From positions 38,254,001 through 38,318,000 of the forward strand of contig OZ024744.1 of the NCBI GenBank assembly GCA_964016885.1: DNA of 64,000 nt. Reading direction: 5' to 3'. Shown here piece after piece: positions 1 through 13,780 of the stretch. Both the position numbers and the translations under genes were made by a program. The first letter of the stretch is position 1, and the number at the start of each line of letters is the position of its first letter. This stretch comes from Eledone cirrhosa. Lineage: Eukaryota. Below the pieces are notes generated by a model. That model had not been told where the DNA came from, searched no databases, and worked only from the letters and a program-made list of their open reading frames with translations.

Positions 1-68
<68 letters not shown>

Positions 69-647
69 TGTGTGTGTGTGTATTTAGGAAAACAAAAAAA
101 AACAAAAATTTATAAACATTACTTTTTATAAATCAGAATGCAGAAACAAACTATCTACGTGATCGAAAAGAAGTCATTGAAAAAGTAATTCATTGAAAAA
201 TAAAAATAAAATATAAATAAAAAAGATACCGTTAATCTTCATAAGAAAGGGTTTTTTTTCTTCGTAGTAATACGAACTATATCGTCATTTGTTATTTAGG
301 TTTTTCAAAGAAAATATGGAATTACAGTTAAAATGGGAACATAATAGTTAAGGTTAATTATTTATTTATTTTAGGTTTTAGGAGTTCATGTTCGAATAAA
401 ACTACAAATCTGAATCTAAACGATTGGGGAACAAAAGCCCTAAATCACATGAAATTACGTATCTACAAAATTGTTGTACATACATTCACGCGCATATATA
501 TAAATATATATATATACATATATATATATATATTGATATACACATGTCAGTATTTATACGATATACCCACATATAAACACATACACGTGCTTACGCACAC
601 AGCCTCACATTTGCACACAGATTCACACTTACACACACACATACACA

Positions 648-678
<31 letters not shown>

Positions 679-1101
679 TTACACACACACTTAAACGTAA
701 ATGCATACATGTAAAGAGTGTAGACTGCGTACATAATATAGATCTTTAGTCAATTTGCAATGCATTACTTGGCTTCTTTAAGCATAGAGCTTATAGGATT
801 TACATTTTGGAAAAAAGTTGTCAATTGTATAAAAGACATTATAAGCTAAACATAGTTAAAATGTAAAGCAAAAGGTGTTAAATATTAGAATTGAACGGAT
901 TAATTAGTATTTTTCTTTTTACGCTAATGTGGACATAATTGGTGTTATATTGAAAAGAATTTTGACTTTACATAAAATAGTTTAAATTCAACTTTAAAAT
1001 GAATTGCTTTTTTAAATGCTGGAACATAGTTATTGTATTATAACAACATACATCAAGGAATGCAATCAATTTTTATATATATATATATATATGTGTGTGT
1101 G

Positions 1102-1188
<87 letters not shown>

Positions 1189-1314
1189 GTATATATATAT
1201 GTAAGTATATATACATGTGTAATTACACAGTATGCGTGTGTTTATGTGGGTTTGCATGATATGATTTTACATATATATGGGTATTCAAATATACATATAT
1301 ACACATATATATAT

Positions 1315-1369
<55 letters not shown>

Positions 1370-1510
1370 TAAATATATACGTATATATATAAAATACATA
1401 AATATACATATAATATATATATATATATATATATGTTTGTGTGTGTTCGCCTGCGCATATGAGTACATGCGTATGTGTTTCTATATTGTTATATATACAT
1501 ACATCCGTAC

Positions 1511-1557
<47 letters not shown>

Positions 1558-2440
1558 AACTTATGAAAATGTATTTAAACAAACAACCATAACTTGTGTA
1601 TTTATGTATTTATAATAGCAAATATATGCGTGTGTGTGTGTTTTTTATTATATCCATTTATAATATATATAAATAAATATTTGCACAAAATAAGTGTATA
1701 TGTAAACAAAATTGTGCTATTGTGTATAAGTATTATACCATACAATACCCAAGCAAGTTGCTCATTTTAAATATCTATGAAGGAAGAAAAAATATTGAAC
1801 AAATTGCGAAGACTTTTACCGGAATAAGATAAAAAGATTGACCAATCAAATATTTTTCAATTAATTGCCATATTGAAAAATCTATGTCGGTGTTTTTTTG
1901 TTGTTTGTTTTGTTTTCATATAATAAACCCGCCTTTTAATAAAATAACGTTGTTTTTATTTAGTTTTTTCTCTCTTTTTTCATATCTTTGTTTGACATAT
2001 ATTGGGATGTCAAGTATGAAATTTGTAATAAAAAAGAACAAATTTCTACAAATTTCATACTTGACGAAGGAATATATATATATATTGGGTCGTCAAATTT
2101 ATTACCTTAACAAAAAAATAGGAAAATAAATAAATATATATATATATATATATATTCATTTTTATTTTCATTCTTTTTTGTTAAGGTAATTAATTTATCT
2201 GGGCCTATTTATTCATGTGATAAAAACGCCCAGCGTTTGCTTCCAATATTTCTATGGGTACAGATTATAAACCTAAACATTTGTGGCAGTTTGTCGTAAA
2301 TGTAAAGGGAAGAGTCTTAAAACTGCAGTAAAATCCATGTAAAAAAAAAAAAAAAAATCAAATACATTTTGTTTTGTTTCTGTAATTTTAGTTTTTTTCC
2401 GTAATACATAACATGTTAGTAGTTATGATTCCGTTCTGGC

Positions 2441-2687
2441 TATGTATGTATGTATGTATGTATGTATGTATGTATGTATGTATGTATGTATGTATGTATG
2501 TATGTATGTATGTATGTATGTATGTATGTATGTATGTATGTATGTATGTATGTATGTGTGTATGTATGTATGTATGTATGTATGTATGTATGTATATATG
2601 TGTGTATGTATGTATGTATGTATGTATGTATATATGTGTGTATGTATGTGTGTATGTATGTATGTATGTATGCATGTATATATGTAT
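2441..2687. repeat. (TGTA)n microsatellite
   Basis: Direct reading; accounts for the MYVC/HTYI pseudo-ORFs. Confidence 0.95.
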
Positions 2688-3076
2688 GGGCGGAAGAACT
2701 CATAAGAGTCAACGGCCATCCGAAAGTGTGTAAATATGTATATACACATGTACCGCGTGGTTAAACCACTGGGAGTGAACGACCCCTAGCCTATGTCAGG
2801 GCATTCTTCCAGGAGAAGACAACTCAGGAAACTGGGATAACTCCGACATAAAACCTGCGGCTCAGTAGTTACCGATGATGTTGATCTTTTCTTCTTTTCG
2901 GGTTATAGCTACTGTCGCTCAGAGAGTGGGATTAGCTGCTCAGTGCACAGTCTTTCCTCACTTTAAAAAATATCTTCACGTACAGGCATTGCACGATAGA
3001 ATTAATTAATAATTATAAATAATGGTATATCGTGCAATGGCCATACTCGATAACGAGGGGGAAGCCATCATCATCA
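2688..3076 (+). mobile_element. Non-autonomous RTE-derived element, family A (5'-truncated)
   Basis: 5' part resembles 23890-24040 (aagagtcaacggccatcc...ggagaag). The 3' end tggccatactcgataacgagggg(g/a)agccatcatca recurs at 23634-23673 and 61770-61810. Confidence 0.55.
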
Positions 3077-3418
3077 CGTATGTATGTAAGGCGGCGAATC
3101 GTTAGAATGTCGGATAGAATGCTTTATAATATTCGTTCCGGCTCTCTGCTCTCTCTGAGTTCAAATCTCGCCGGGGTATACTTTTCTTTCATCTTTTCGA
3201 GGTCGATTCAAAAAAGTACCAGTTTAGTACTGGGGTCGATTCTTCCTTTATTTATCTTTCTCATTTCCTCTCTCTCACTCTCTCTATCCTTCAATGGAAG
3301 AAATCTACTGCATTCAGACCTGTAGAGAAGATGGGGTCCGCCAGGTTTTAAAAATACCCAAGAAACACAATGTCAATATGGCTCCTCTACGGATACTTCA
3401 GGAGTTACGCGGCTATAC

Positions 3419-3586
<168 letters not shown>

Positions 3587-3974
3587 GTATATATATATGT
3601 ATGTATATATGTATGCATGTAATGTCTGTGTGTGTGTGCGTGCGTGTGTATTATATATTTTCATGCATATATAACAAACTTTGAAAGTTCTTCTTTTATT
3701 TGTTATTTTGTTTGTATTTATAAATTTATTTTCAACAATAAACAATATCTCGATGTCATCTTTTTTTTTTTTTTTTTTGAAAATTATTTTACACTGTCAC
3801 ATTGCCCGAAAATTGGATCTTTGGATTTATTGGATTCCCATGTGTAACATTTTTGGCAGTACCATCTGTTAATTTGCCTCCTTTGGCTATTTTCTGTAAA
3901 TAAAATATAACTAGAAAAATTCTAGTTGATTGAGTTTCAAAATGCTTTTTTAAAATTATTATTTGTTTCATCAT

Positions 3975-4800
3975 CAGGAAAGTATCGGTAGAGGGTCGGA
4001 CATGCTTTCCAGCATAGTTACGCCCCTTTACGATCTGAGTTCAAATCCGGCCGAGGTTAACTTTGCCTTTCATCCTTACGGGGTCGATAAAATAAAGTAC
4101 CAGTAATGTACTGGGATAATTGCTGGCCTTGTGCCTGAAATAGAAAAGAAAATTATTTGTTTCATCATCATTGGCAGAATCGGTAGAGCGTCGGGCACCT
4201 TGCTTCGCAGCAGAGAGTTACGTCCCTTTATGTTCTGAGTTCATATCCTGCCGAAGTCATCTTTGCCTTTCATACTTATGAGGTCGATAAAATAAAGTAC
4301 CAGTAATGCACTGGTATAATTGCTGGCCCCGTGGTTAAATCAGAAACGATTATTATAGGGCGTCGAATCCCATGCTTTGCGGCAATGTGTCATGGCCCTT
4401 TACGTTCTAACTTAAAATCCCGCCGAGCTTGCCTTTCCTTTTCTTCCTTACATGGGTCGATAAAATAAAGTACCAGTAATGTACTGGGCTCAATTTAATC
4501 GACTTTCCCCTCAACAAAAAATTACTTTCCCTGAGCCTAAACTAGAAACAATTATTATTATCACTATCATCATCACCATCATCATCATCATCATTATAAA
4601 AGTGGTGGATTTGTAGAATTGGTAGATAATCTACCAAAATGCCATGTGGCTTTTAGTTAAGGTTGTCTACAATCTCAGGTCATACTCCACCGGGGCCAAT
4701 CTTGCCTTCCATTCTTTTTATGTGTGTGAGAGGGAAGCTATAATCGACATTCTCATCTTCACAAAATTGCTGGCTTTGCCGCTAAATTACAAATCAAAAA
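3975..4800 (+). mobile_element. Head-to-tail cluster of about 4 tRNA-derived SINE copies
   Basis: A-box-like tggcagaatcggtagag, B-box gagttcaaatcc and core gcctttcatccttacggggtcgataaaataaagtaccag at about 3975, 4170, 4360 and 4600; another copy at about 3090-3245. Confidence 0.85.
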
Positions 4801-4973
4801 TGAGTTTAAATCCCGTCAAATATATGAAGTACTAATTAAGTCGACCTTTTCCTTCTCATAAATTATTACTGGTGTTGTGCCCAATACTGGAAACAATGAT
4901 TATCATATATATATATATATATATATATAGAAGAGTGACATGGTTTGCTATACAATAAGAGCTTTATTCACAT

Positions 4974-5081
4974 TGCTGACAATTGTTTCTCTGAACTGGT
5001 AGGTCTAGAGATCACTACCAGCCTGTTTTTCCGTCAATCGATCACCAATACTTTGTTAAAACCAGTCTATTCATCAGAGCA
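4974..5081 (-). ncRNA. Type I hammerhead ribozyme, about 81-nt stem II insert
   Basis: Minus strand reads tgct-CTGATGA-[81 nt]-GAAAC-AATT-GTC-agca; stem III ACAATTGT is palindromic. Confidence 0.7.
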
Positions 5082-5940
5082 TGCGAGAATGAAGGAAATA
5101 GACAGGCATGGCGTCTATATATAGTAGTGGCATTAAATCAGAACAATAATAACGATACTCAAATAAATTAGCTAGACTGTAAATAGTTAAAATAATCACA
5201 ACATCAATCTAAGTAAGACATAGAGTATACTGATGATTTAGCATGTAAAACGAGCTGATACGAAGCAGATTTATGAAATTGACATGTAAAAGCTGTCATG
5301 GGGTATATTATATATAGTGTAGAGATAACCTGGGGCTTGAAACAATGGACCATTTACTTTACTGTAGGTTTGCTGGCCGTAAGATTTATTTATTATCTGA
5401 CAGATAAAATATGTTCATTGTGGTGAGGATGGTAATTTTTATGTGGTGTAAAGTGGATTCATTATTTAAGTGGTCTATATTAGGTGAAGGGATTGTTAGT
5501 TCGAATCATTGGGTTGTTTAGCTTTCACAGCATCAATAACAAATCATGCATGGATAAGACAATAACAGCAATATAGGCGGTAAGTTATTACAGAGTTTAA
5601 GGAAGCAAGGTATATATAGAGAGAGAACACAAGGAATACTATTACGGATACATTGGGGTGTTCATTATAACAACAGGAGGAAGGTGATATTTCAAGGAAT
5701 GTGGTGGTAGTCAAATAATATACTTAGAATTAAGTTCATCTGTTGAAAATCAAGAGTGAGGAGGTTGTGTTGACAGCAGCCGAGAAGTGATATATTTATG
5801 GGTTGATGAGATATTTTCAGACATTACTGTGGTATAGAATTAAGGAGGCTAGAAGCTGCTTAAAGAATATTATAGTTCTGTGGTGGTCTGTGTGAGAGTG
5901 CGGATTTCATATGTTGAATGCTAAGTTATGTTGGTTCGAA

Positions 5941-6408
5941 TCACGGTGGCTTAAATCTTGTGAATTTAGTAGCGATCCTGTGTCTGCAGAAAATAGACCT
6001 TTCTATTTTGTTGTTGAGTAGCCTTTTATCGTTCCTAAGGATATACAGTAATTGAAGGTCACAGAGCCTACAATAGGACATACCGGTACTATATGCCCTT
6101 GCGGCCGACAACCTCCACCAGTTGATATTGTAGTCGATGTTTTTGTCCTTAAGTTCCCAGATTCTTTTGGCGAGGGTTGTAGAACCTATTAGTGCACGGT
6201 TCTTCATCGAATGTGTGTGCACATACCATTTTTTTTTAAAAGTACCCGCGGTGGATCCAATGTAATGCCAAGTGGTGTTGCCCGAGTTCACCGTACACAT
6301 GTACACTAGGCTCGAATCAAGGCACCTGTTCGCCAATGTGCACTTATCTGGTAAGTGACAATTACAGTATGAGGTGTTATTCCGTGCAGCTACCAGATAG
6401 GTGCCCAT
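5941..6408 (-). pseudogene. PLE C-terminal Cys linker plus GIY-YIG endonuclease fragment
   Basis: CNC...CTLANRC, LVYMC..HYIGST..FKKKWYVH, LAKRIWELKD, CRLC..LLN; homologous to 10131-10622 and to the C-terminus of 14348-15871. Confidence 0.85.
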
Positions 6409-6431
6409 TGGCGAACAGGTGCCTTGATTCG

Positions 6432-6539
6432 TGCTCTGACGAATAGATTGGTTTTAACAAAGTATTGGTGATCGATTGACGGAAAAACAGGCTGGTAGTG
6501 ATCTCTAGACCTACCAGTTCAGAGAAACAATTGTCAGCA
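6432..6539 (+). ncRNA. Type I hammerhead ribozyme, 81-nt stem II insert
   Basis: tgct 6432-35, CTGACGA 6436-42, GAAAC 6524-28, AATT, GTC 6533-35, agca 6536-39. Confidence 0.7.
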
Positions 6540-6763
6540 ATGTGAATAAAACCTTTATTGTATAGCAAACCGTGTCACTCTTCTTTCTTGATTTATTATT
6601 ACTCCAAGTGTAAACTACATAAAAATCACCACGTACTCGCAGCATCACTATGGAAACGTCTTGTTGAGTCGAACTTAGCCAAGAGTTGATACAATCCACT
6701 ACGCGGAGTACCCTAACTGGACTACATCTAAGTGGACTACCTATAACAATAATTCGTTATCCC

Positions 6764-6833
<70 letters not shown>

Positions 6834-6930
6834 TGAAATTTCCGTTGAAAACAGAAAAGGTCATAGAAGTGAAGAGTGCTCTATGTAAGTACCAGAGCAA
6901 AATTTAATGTATAAAAATCAATACAATATA

Positions 6931-7008
6931 ATTACCTCATTACCAGAGGTTTCCCGAATGAGGCGAATACGAAAGAAACGTCTTCATTCGTTCGTCAGAC
7001 GAGGCAAT
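6931..7008 (-). ncRNA. Type I hammerhead ribozyme in the inverted pLTR
   Basis: Minus strand: attgcctcgt-CTGACGA-a-cgaatga..tcattcg-g-GAAACC-tct-GGTA-atgaggtaat. Confidence 0.8.
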
Positions 7009-7403
7009 ATGAAACATGTCTAAATACTTGGGAAGTCTCATCAAGAAAAGCAAAAAAAAAAAAAAAAAAATATTATAGACAAATGAATTACAATATGAAA
7101 TATATAAAAATCTTTCAAGAAATATAGTTAGGTGTGTGTATATGTATGTATATACGCTCACAGATGTGCATATATGTGTATGTACAAATGTATACGTATA
7201 GTGAAAAAGTGTGCGTAAATATATATTTTTGTGTGTACACTTTCTATATGTGTACACGAGCGCCTACGTATGTATCTTTATATCCGTGTTTTTACATCTA
7301 TGTTTTTTTGTTTTTTATTTTTGTTTTTTTCTTCTTCCTTTTTTTACAACCTCATTTTTATGCGTGTGCATGCAAACAGGTCAATATGCGTGAGTGTAAG
7401 TAT

Positions 7404-7438
<35 letters not shown>

Positions 7439-8195
7439 TATCGAATGTATGGATGTGTAAGTGTGCGTGTGTATTTAAGCATGTATATTTTTGTGTTTTT
7501 GTGTGTGCGTGTGTGTGTGTGTGCGAGTGTGTATACAGTCGCGTGCGTGCGCGTGATTAGATATACATGGGGCGAGGCGTATATTCGTATTTACGTGTAT
7601 CCTGTGTATGTAGATGTACTTGCATACGCTTTTGTCTGCACTTTTTTTGCGTGTATATATATATATTTCTTATAGATATACGTTTCTTGTAGATATACGT
7701 GTGTGTGTATGCGTGTACCTCGTTTGTCTTCTTTTCTTTAAATTTTTCTTTCTAAATTTTTGTTCCATTTTTATAAATATATCGAGAACGATACTTTCTT
7801 TTAATTATTACACTCCCTTACCTCTTTTACTTCCGCATATAAATGTACGTGTGTGTGGGTGTGTTTATACGCGTGCCTTCATATTCTTATGATGTATCTA
7901 TTACCCTATTTTTTCCGTGTACCTGCCAAACAGAAAACCACATCATGTCTGTCTGTAGTTTACAGACACACAGATACATTTGCCCTAAAATATATATTTA
8001 CGCACACTTTTTCACTATACGTATACATTTATACATACACATATATGCACATCTGTGAGCGTATATACATATACACACACCTAACTATATTTCTTGAAAG
8101 ATTTTTATATATTTCATATTGTAATTCATTTGTCTATATTTTATTTTTTTTTTTTGCTTTTCTTGAGACTTTCCAAGTATTTAGCCATGTTTTAT

Positions 8196-8273
8196 ATTGC
8201 CTCGTCTGACGAACGAATAAAGACGTTTCTTTCGTATTCGCCTCATTCGGGAAACCTCTGGTAATGAGGTAAT
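8196..8273 (+). ncRNA. Type I hammerhead ribozyme in the 5' pLTR
   Basis: 10-bp stem I attgcctcgt/atgaggtaat, CTGACGA 8206-12, GAAAC 8251-55, GTA 8261-63. Confidence 0.8.
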
Positions 8274-8493
8274 TATATTGTATTTAATTTTTATACATTA
8301 AATTTTGCTCTGGTACTTACATAGAGCACTCTTCACTTCTATGACCTTTTCTGTTTTCAACGGAAATTTCAATACTGATACAGCTCCCAAGGGTATGATC
8401 ACAGCATATTCTACATCTTTATGAGATTGGCACCTTCCAGCCCTTTTAAAGTCGAGCACTCTTCAGTCATAGGATTTTAAACCAATACTGAAC

Positions 8494-10622
8494 ATGGATA
8501 GATACCTTTTGGATTACTCTGTAAAGAATATCCCGACACCTTCTAACACTCTCTACACGAAAATACTGATAGACAAAGTAGAGAAGGTTGTTAAAAGAAT
8601 GAGATGGAAAGCTTTGATTCTCGATGGACACTTTAACACGGATTCTACGGAATATTTTGACATCAAAACTCATAAAAACCCGCAAAGAGTAAAAGATATG
8701 ACCGCTTTTGAATTAGACCTAGTTAACCTAATCAACAATATCAAGTTTCGTAAGTACTCTAACCCTTTTCAATCTAAACTATCAACATTCAAATCTTCTA
8801 ATAATAAGTTCATCTTCTCCGATGAAACTAAAAACCTATATGAAGTTAACAATAATTTACACGACCAACTATTAATAGATAATATCACCTCTAAATACCA
8901 AATAGCTAATATAAACACGTATCATAATATAAATAAGGAAGCTAAAGAATTAGCTGTTTCTTTAAAAATAGATAGTAGGACAGAAAAACTTGCTAAACGT
9001 AATACGTACATCACCCTTAAAGATCACAAACCCGACTTTATTAATCGTCCTAGTTGTAGATTAATCAACCCTGCTAAGACTGATATTGGTCTTGCCAGCA
9101 AAAAAATTTTAAATAATATAAATAGACACATTAGAAGTAAATCTAAATTACTCCAATGGATAAATAGCTCTTCTGTAGTACATTGGTTTAATAATATTAA
9201 AAACAAAAATAGTTCTAGATTCACCCAATTTGACATTGTAGATTTCTACCCATCTATCACTCAGACCCTTTTAGCGAAAGCTTTAATTTTTGCTAGAAGG
9301 TTTACTAATATCTCCGATATTGAAGAGAATGTCATCTCGCACGCTAGAAACACTCTACTCTTTACTGATAATGACACTTGGGTAAAAATATCTAACCCAG
9401 AGAGCCCATTCGATGTCTCAATGGGCTCTTATGACAGTGCTGATGTTTGTGATTTGGTCGGCCTATTCCTCCTACATACACTTAAAGAAAAATTTCCTAA
9501 CCATATTTTTGGGCTTTATCGCGACGATGGTCTAATACTTTCCCATACCACCATAGGCCATAACTTAGATAGATTAAGGAAAGACTTAATAAAAACCTTC
9601 GCTAGTTTTAATCTTAAAATTACTATTGACACTAACCTTTCCAATGTAGATTTCCTAGATATAAACCTAGATTTGCCTACTGCCTCTTATAAACCATACC
9701 ATAAACCTAATGAAAACTTAAAATATATAAAGAAAGGCTCTTGCCATCCTCATATAGTTTTTAAAAATCTTATCCCTAATATTAGCCGTAGGATCTCCAC
9801 CCTCTCTTCCTCAGAAGCTATTTTTAATAAGGCACCCCCCCCCTACTATAATAAAGCCCTCCAAAATAGCGGTTTTAGCGAACCAATTAAATACATACCC
9901 AACTATACTAACTCTATTAAACATAAAAACAGGAAAAGAAAAATAATCTGGTTCACACCCCCTACTCTTTAGCAGTTAAAACTAATGTAGGCAAAAAATT
10001 CCTAGAACTCCTAGATAAACATTTCCCTAGAACACATAGATACTATAAGATCTTTAACAGAAACTGTGTCAAAATTAGCTATTCCTGCAGTCCCACTATT
10101 AAGTCCTATATCATCAACAAAATATCATGTAGAGAAAATCAAACTTGCTCCTGTAGAATCAAAAGTGAATGCCCATTACAAGGTAAATGCAACACCAAAG
10201 CCATTGTATATGCGGTTAAAGTGACAACCATCAGCAACAACCATCCAGCCACCAGTGAACGATATGTGGGTATGACGCAAGACAAATTCAAAACGCGTTA
10301 TTACTCATATGTCGCATCTTTTCGACATCCAGAAAAAAGATTTACAACAGCTCTGGCTAGCAGAATTTGGGATTTGAAAGACCAAGGCATCCAATATAAA
10401 TTGGATTGGTCAATTTTGAACCAATCTAAAGAATATGCAAGAGGAACAAGAAAATGCACGCTCTGCATAAATGAAAAATATTGGATCTTGCAAAATCTTA
10501 AATCACCAAAGACATGCCTGAACACAAAGACGGAAATTTTCACCAGTTGCCCACACATGAAATCACACCTGCTTTCCAGCTCATATAAACTTAACACACT
10601 CTCAGATACTTATCCTCCATAA
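8494..10622 (+). CDS. PLE reverse transcriptase plus GIY-YIG endonuclease (about 709 aa); one frameshift at C-run 9958-9962
   Basis: QFDIVDFYPSI, DVSMGSYDSA, GLYRDDGL, FLDINLDL. After WFTP the frame from 9963 is open to 10622 (YSLAVKTNVG..CSC..CPLQGKC..IVY..YVGMT..CTLC). Confidence 0.9.
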
Positions 10623-10689
10623 ACTCTTATTATTCTCTTTATAACTACCCTTTCTGATTTACTTTCATTTTTATCCTTATTATTAATTT

Positions 10690-10885
10690 CATTTTTATTT
10701 TTATTTTTATTTTTATTTTTATTTTTATTTTTATTTTTATTTTTATTTTTATTTTTATTTTTATTTTTATTTTTATTTTTATTTTTATTTTTATTTTTAT
10801 TTTTATTTTTATTTTTATTTATTTTTATTTTTAATTTTATTTTTATTTTTATTTTTATTTTTATTTTTATTTATTTTTATTTTTA

Positions 10886-10916
<31 letters not shown>

Positions 10917-10991
10917 TTTATTTTTATTTTTATTTTTATTTTTATTTTTTTTTTATTTTTATTTTTATTTTTATTTTTATTTTTATTTTTA

Positions 10992-11022
<31 letters not shown>

Positions 11023-11050
11023 TTTATTTTTATATATTTTTTTATTTTTA
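10690..11050. repeat. (TTTTTA)n tandem repeat in the PLE 3' UTR
   Basis: Direct reading. Confidence 0.95.
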
Positions 11051-12264
11051 CTTCACATCCACCAATAACCCCAGCCCCCCTTTATTCTCCGATTCATTTA
11101 CCTAATATCTTCACTTTGCATTTTTTACTTCCCTATTTTCTTCATTAAGTGGAAAGTAGTCACTTGCGTTTTCCACTCCAGATATTTTTTTTTTTTTTTT
11201 TTTTGCAGCCTATCTTATAATTTTATATTTTGTACTTACTTTTTTACACCTTAATGTGTGTACACTTTCAATATGTGTACACGAGCGCCTTCGTATGTGC
11301 GCGCGCGTGCGTGTATATGTATATATATGTATGTGTATGTGTATGTGTATGTGTCTTTATATCCGTGTTTTTACATCTGTTTTTTTTGTTTTTGTTTTTT
11401 TGTTTTTTTCTTCCTTTTTTTACATCCTCATTTTTATGCGTGTGTATGCAAACAGGTCAATATGCATGAGTGTAAGTATGTGTGTGTGTGTGTGTGTGTA
11501 CGTATCGAATGTATGGATGTGTAAGTGTGCGTGTGTATTTAAGCATGTATATTTTTGTGTTTTTGTGTGTGTGTGTGTGTGCGAGTGTGTATACAGTCGC
11601 GTGCGTGCACGTGATTAGATATAAATGGGGCGAGGCGTATATTCGTATTTACGTGTATCCTGTGTATGTAGATGTACTTGCATACGCTTTTGTCTGCACT
11701 TTTTTTGTGTGTATATATATATATTTCTTATAGATATACGTTTCTTGTAGATATACGTGTGTGTGTATGCGTGTACCTTGTTTGTCTTCTTTTCTTTAAA
11801 TTTTTCTTTCTAAATTTTTGTTCCATTTTTATAAATATATCGAGAACGATACTTTCTTTTAATTATTACACTCCCTTACCTCTTTTACTTCCGCATATAA
11901 GTGTACATGTGTATGGGTGTGATTATACGCGTGCCTTCATATTCTTATGATGTATCTATTACCCTATTTTTTCCGTGTTCCTGCCAAACAGAAAACCACA
12001 TCATATCTGTCTGTAGTTTACAGACACACAGATACATTTGCCCTAAAATATATATTTACGTACACTTTTTCACTATACGTATACATTTATACATACACAT
12101 ATATGCACATCTGTGAGCGTATATACATACATATACACACACCTAACTATATTTCTTGAAAGATTTTTTATATATTTCATATTGTAATTCATTTGTCTTT
12201 ATTTATTTATTTTTTTTATTTGCTTTTCTTGATGAGACTTTCCAAGTATTTAGCCATGTTTTAT

Positions 12265-12342
12265 ATTGCCTCGTCTGACGAACGAATAAAGACGTTTCTT
12301 TCGTATTCGCCTCATTCGGGAAACCTCTGGTAATGAGGTAAT
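12265..12342 (+). ncRNA. Type I hammerhead ribozyme in the 3' pLTR
   Basis: Same sequence as 8196-8273. Confidence 0.8.
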
Positions 12343-12364
12343 TATATTGTATTGATTTTTATAC

Positions 12365-12517
<153 letters not shown>

Positions 12518-12532
12518 TGAGTGAGAGAGAAT

Positions 12533-12975
12533 AGAATGAAACGAAATTTCATTTCTCAGTCTTAGTACGGCAGTTACTTAAATGTATGTATGTATGTATA
12601 CGTACATACATAGATGTATACAGACGTACAGTAGTATGTATATATATATATATATATATAGACATACATGCACACATATATATATATGCACGTATCGGTT
12701 TACCGAACATTTATTATAATGCTCGGTTTGTTTGCAAACAAACAAACAGCCCGAATTATGCCGTACAGTGTTTAGCAACTACGTCACCTTTGTCGGTGTT
12801 GAACAAAAAGGTCATGTGGTTACCTAAACACTGTACGGCATAATTCGGGCTGTTTGTTTGATTACAATGTTCGGTAAACCGATACGTGCATATGTATATG
12901 TGTGCATGTATGTATATATATAATACTACTGTACGTCTGTATACATATTTGTATGTACGTATACATACATACATA

Positions 12976-12980
<5 letters not shown>
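12533..12980. repeat. Fold-back fragment of the HHR repeat family found at 48910-50385
   Basis: ccgaattatgccgtacagtgtttag at 12751 is inverted at 12824-12849; shares gaaacgaaatttcatttctca and tacagacgtacagtag with 48920-49690. Confidence 0.75.
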
Positions 12981-13039
<59 letters not shown>

Positions 13040-13469
13040 AGTAAGTAAGACCCCGACGGCTGAGCTCAAGCCGTTTCGACGGCTAATTCTGTACTGAATG
13101 AAAAATCAGTTCTGGTATTTAAATAGCCGAACTTGTCAAGGGGCAATTCCATATATGGTCAAAGAGATAATCACCAGGATTGGTCATCCCACAAGGTAGT
13201 AGTAATTCAGCGATGGCAAGTTGGTGGGGGAGGTAGCCAAACCTGCCAGTAGGAGAAAAGGGGAGAGGGGGCGGAGTAGACCCATTCATGCATTGGTAGT
13301 GCCAGCTACAGCTGGGTGTGAGGTCAAAGAGGAGGCAGGGGAGGGGGAGGAGGTCAATACGGTAAGTAGAACGATGAAAATGTAAAACTGTAAAAGGTAC
13401 TGAGAGAGAAAAGAAATATAAGCGGAATCTGGTTACTAAGAAATGGGCTGAAGAAATACATAAATAAGT

Positions 13470-13780
13470 AAATAAGAAATACATAAATAATATTCCACAT
13501 AAGTAAATAAGAAATACAAAAATAATATTCCACATAAGTAAATAAGAAATACATAAAGAATATTCCACATAAGTAAATAAGAAATACATGAATAATATTC
13601 CACATAAGTAAATAAGAAATACATAAGTAATATTCCACATAACTAAATAAGAAATACGTAAATAATATTCTACATAAGTAAATAAGAAAATATTCCACAT
13701 AAGTAAATAAGAAATACATAAGTAATATTCCACATAAGTAAATAAGAAATACGTAAATAATATTCCACAAGAAATACATA
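13470..13780. repeat. About 39-bp minisatellite (aatattccacataagtaaataagaaatac...) inside the pLTR
   Basis: About 8 units here and about 4 in the inverted arm (16395-16555). Confidence 0.85.

Larger units (their letters stand above)
4929..6765 (-). mobile_element. 5'-truncated Penelope-like element with inverted pLTR at its 5' end
   Basis: GIY-YIG ORF at 5941-6408; 4929-5083 is the reverse complement of 6430-6584; (TA)n on both sides. Confidence 0.85.

Noticed and set aside
13470-13780. Regular repeats resembling a CRISPR array (also 24988-25120)
   Set aside because: No unique spacers, no cas genes, eukaryotic context.
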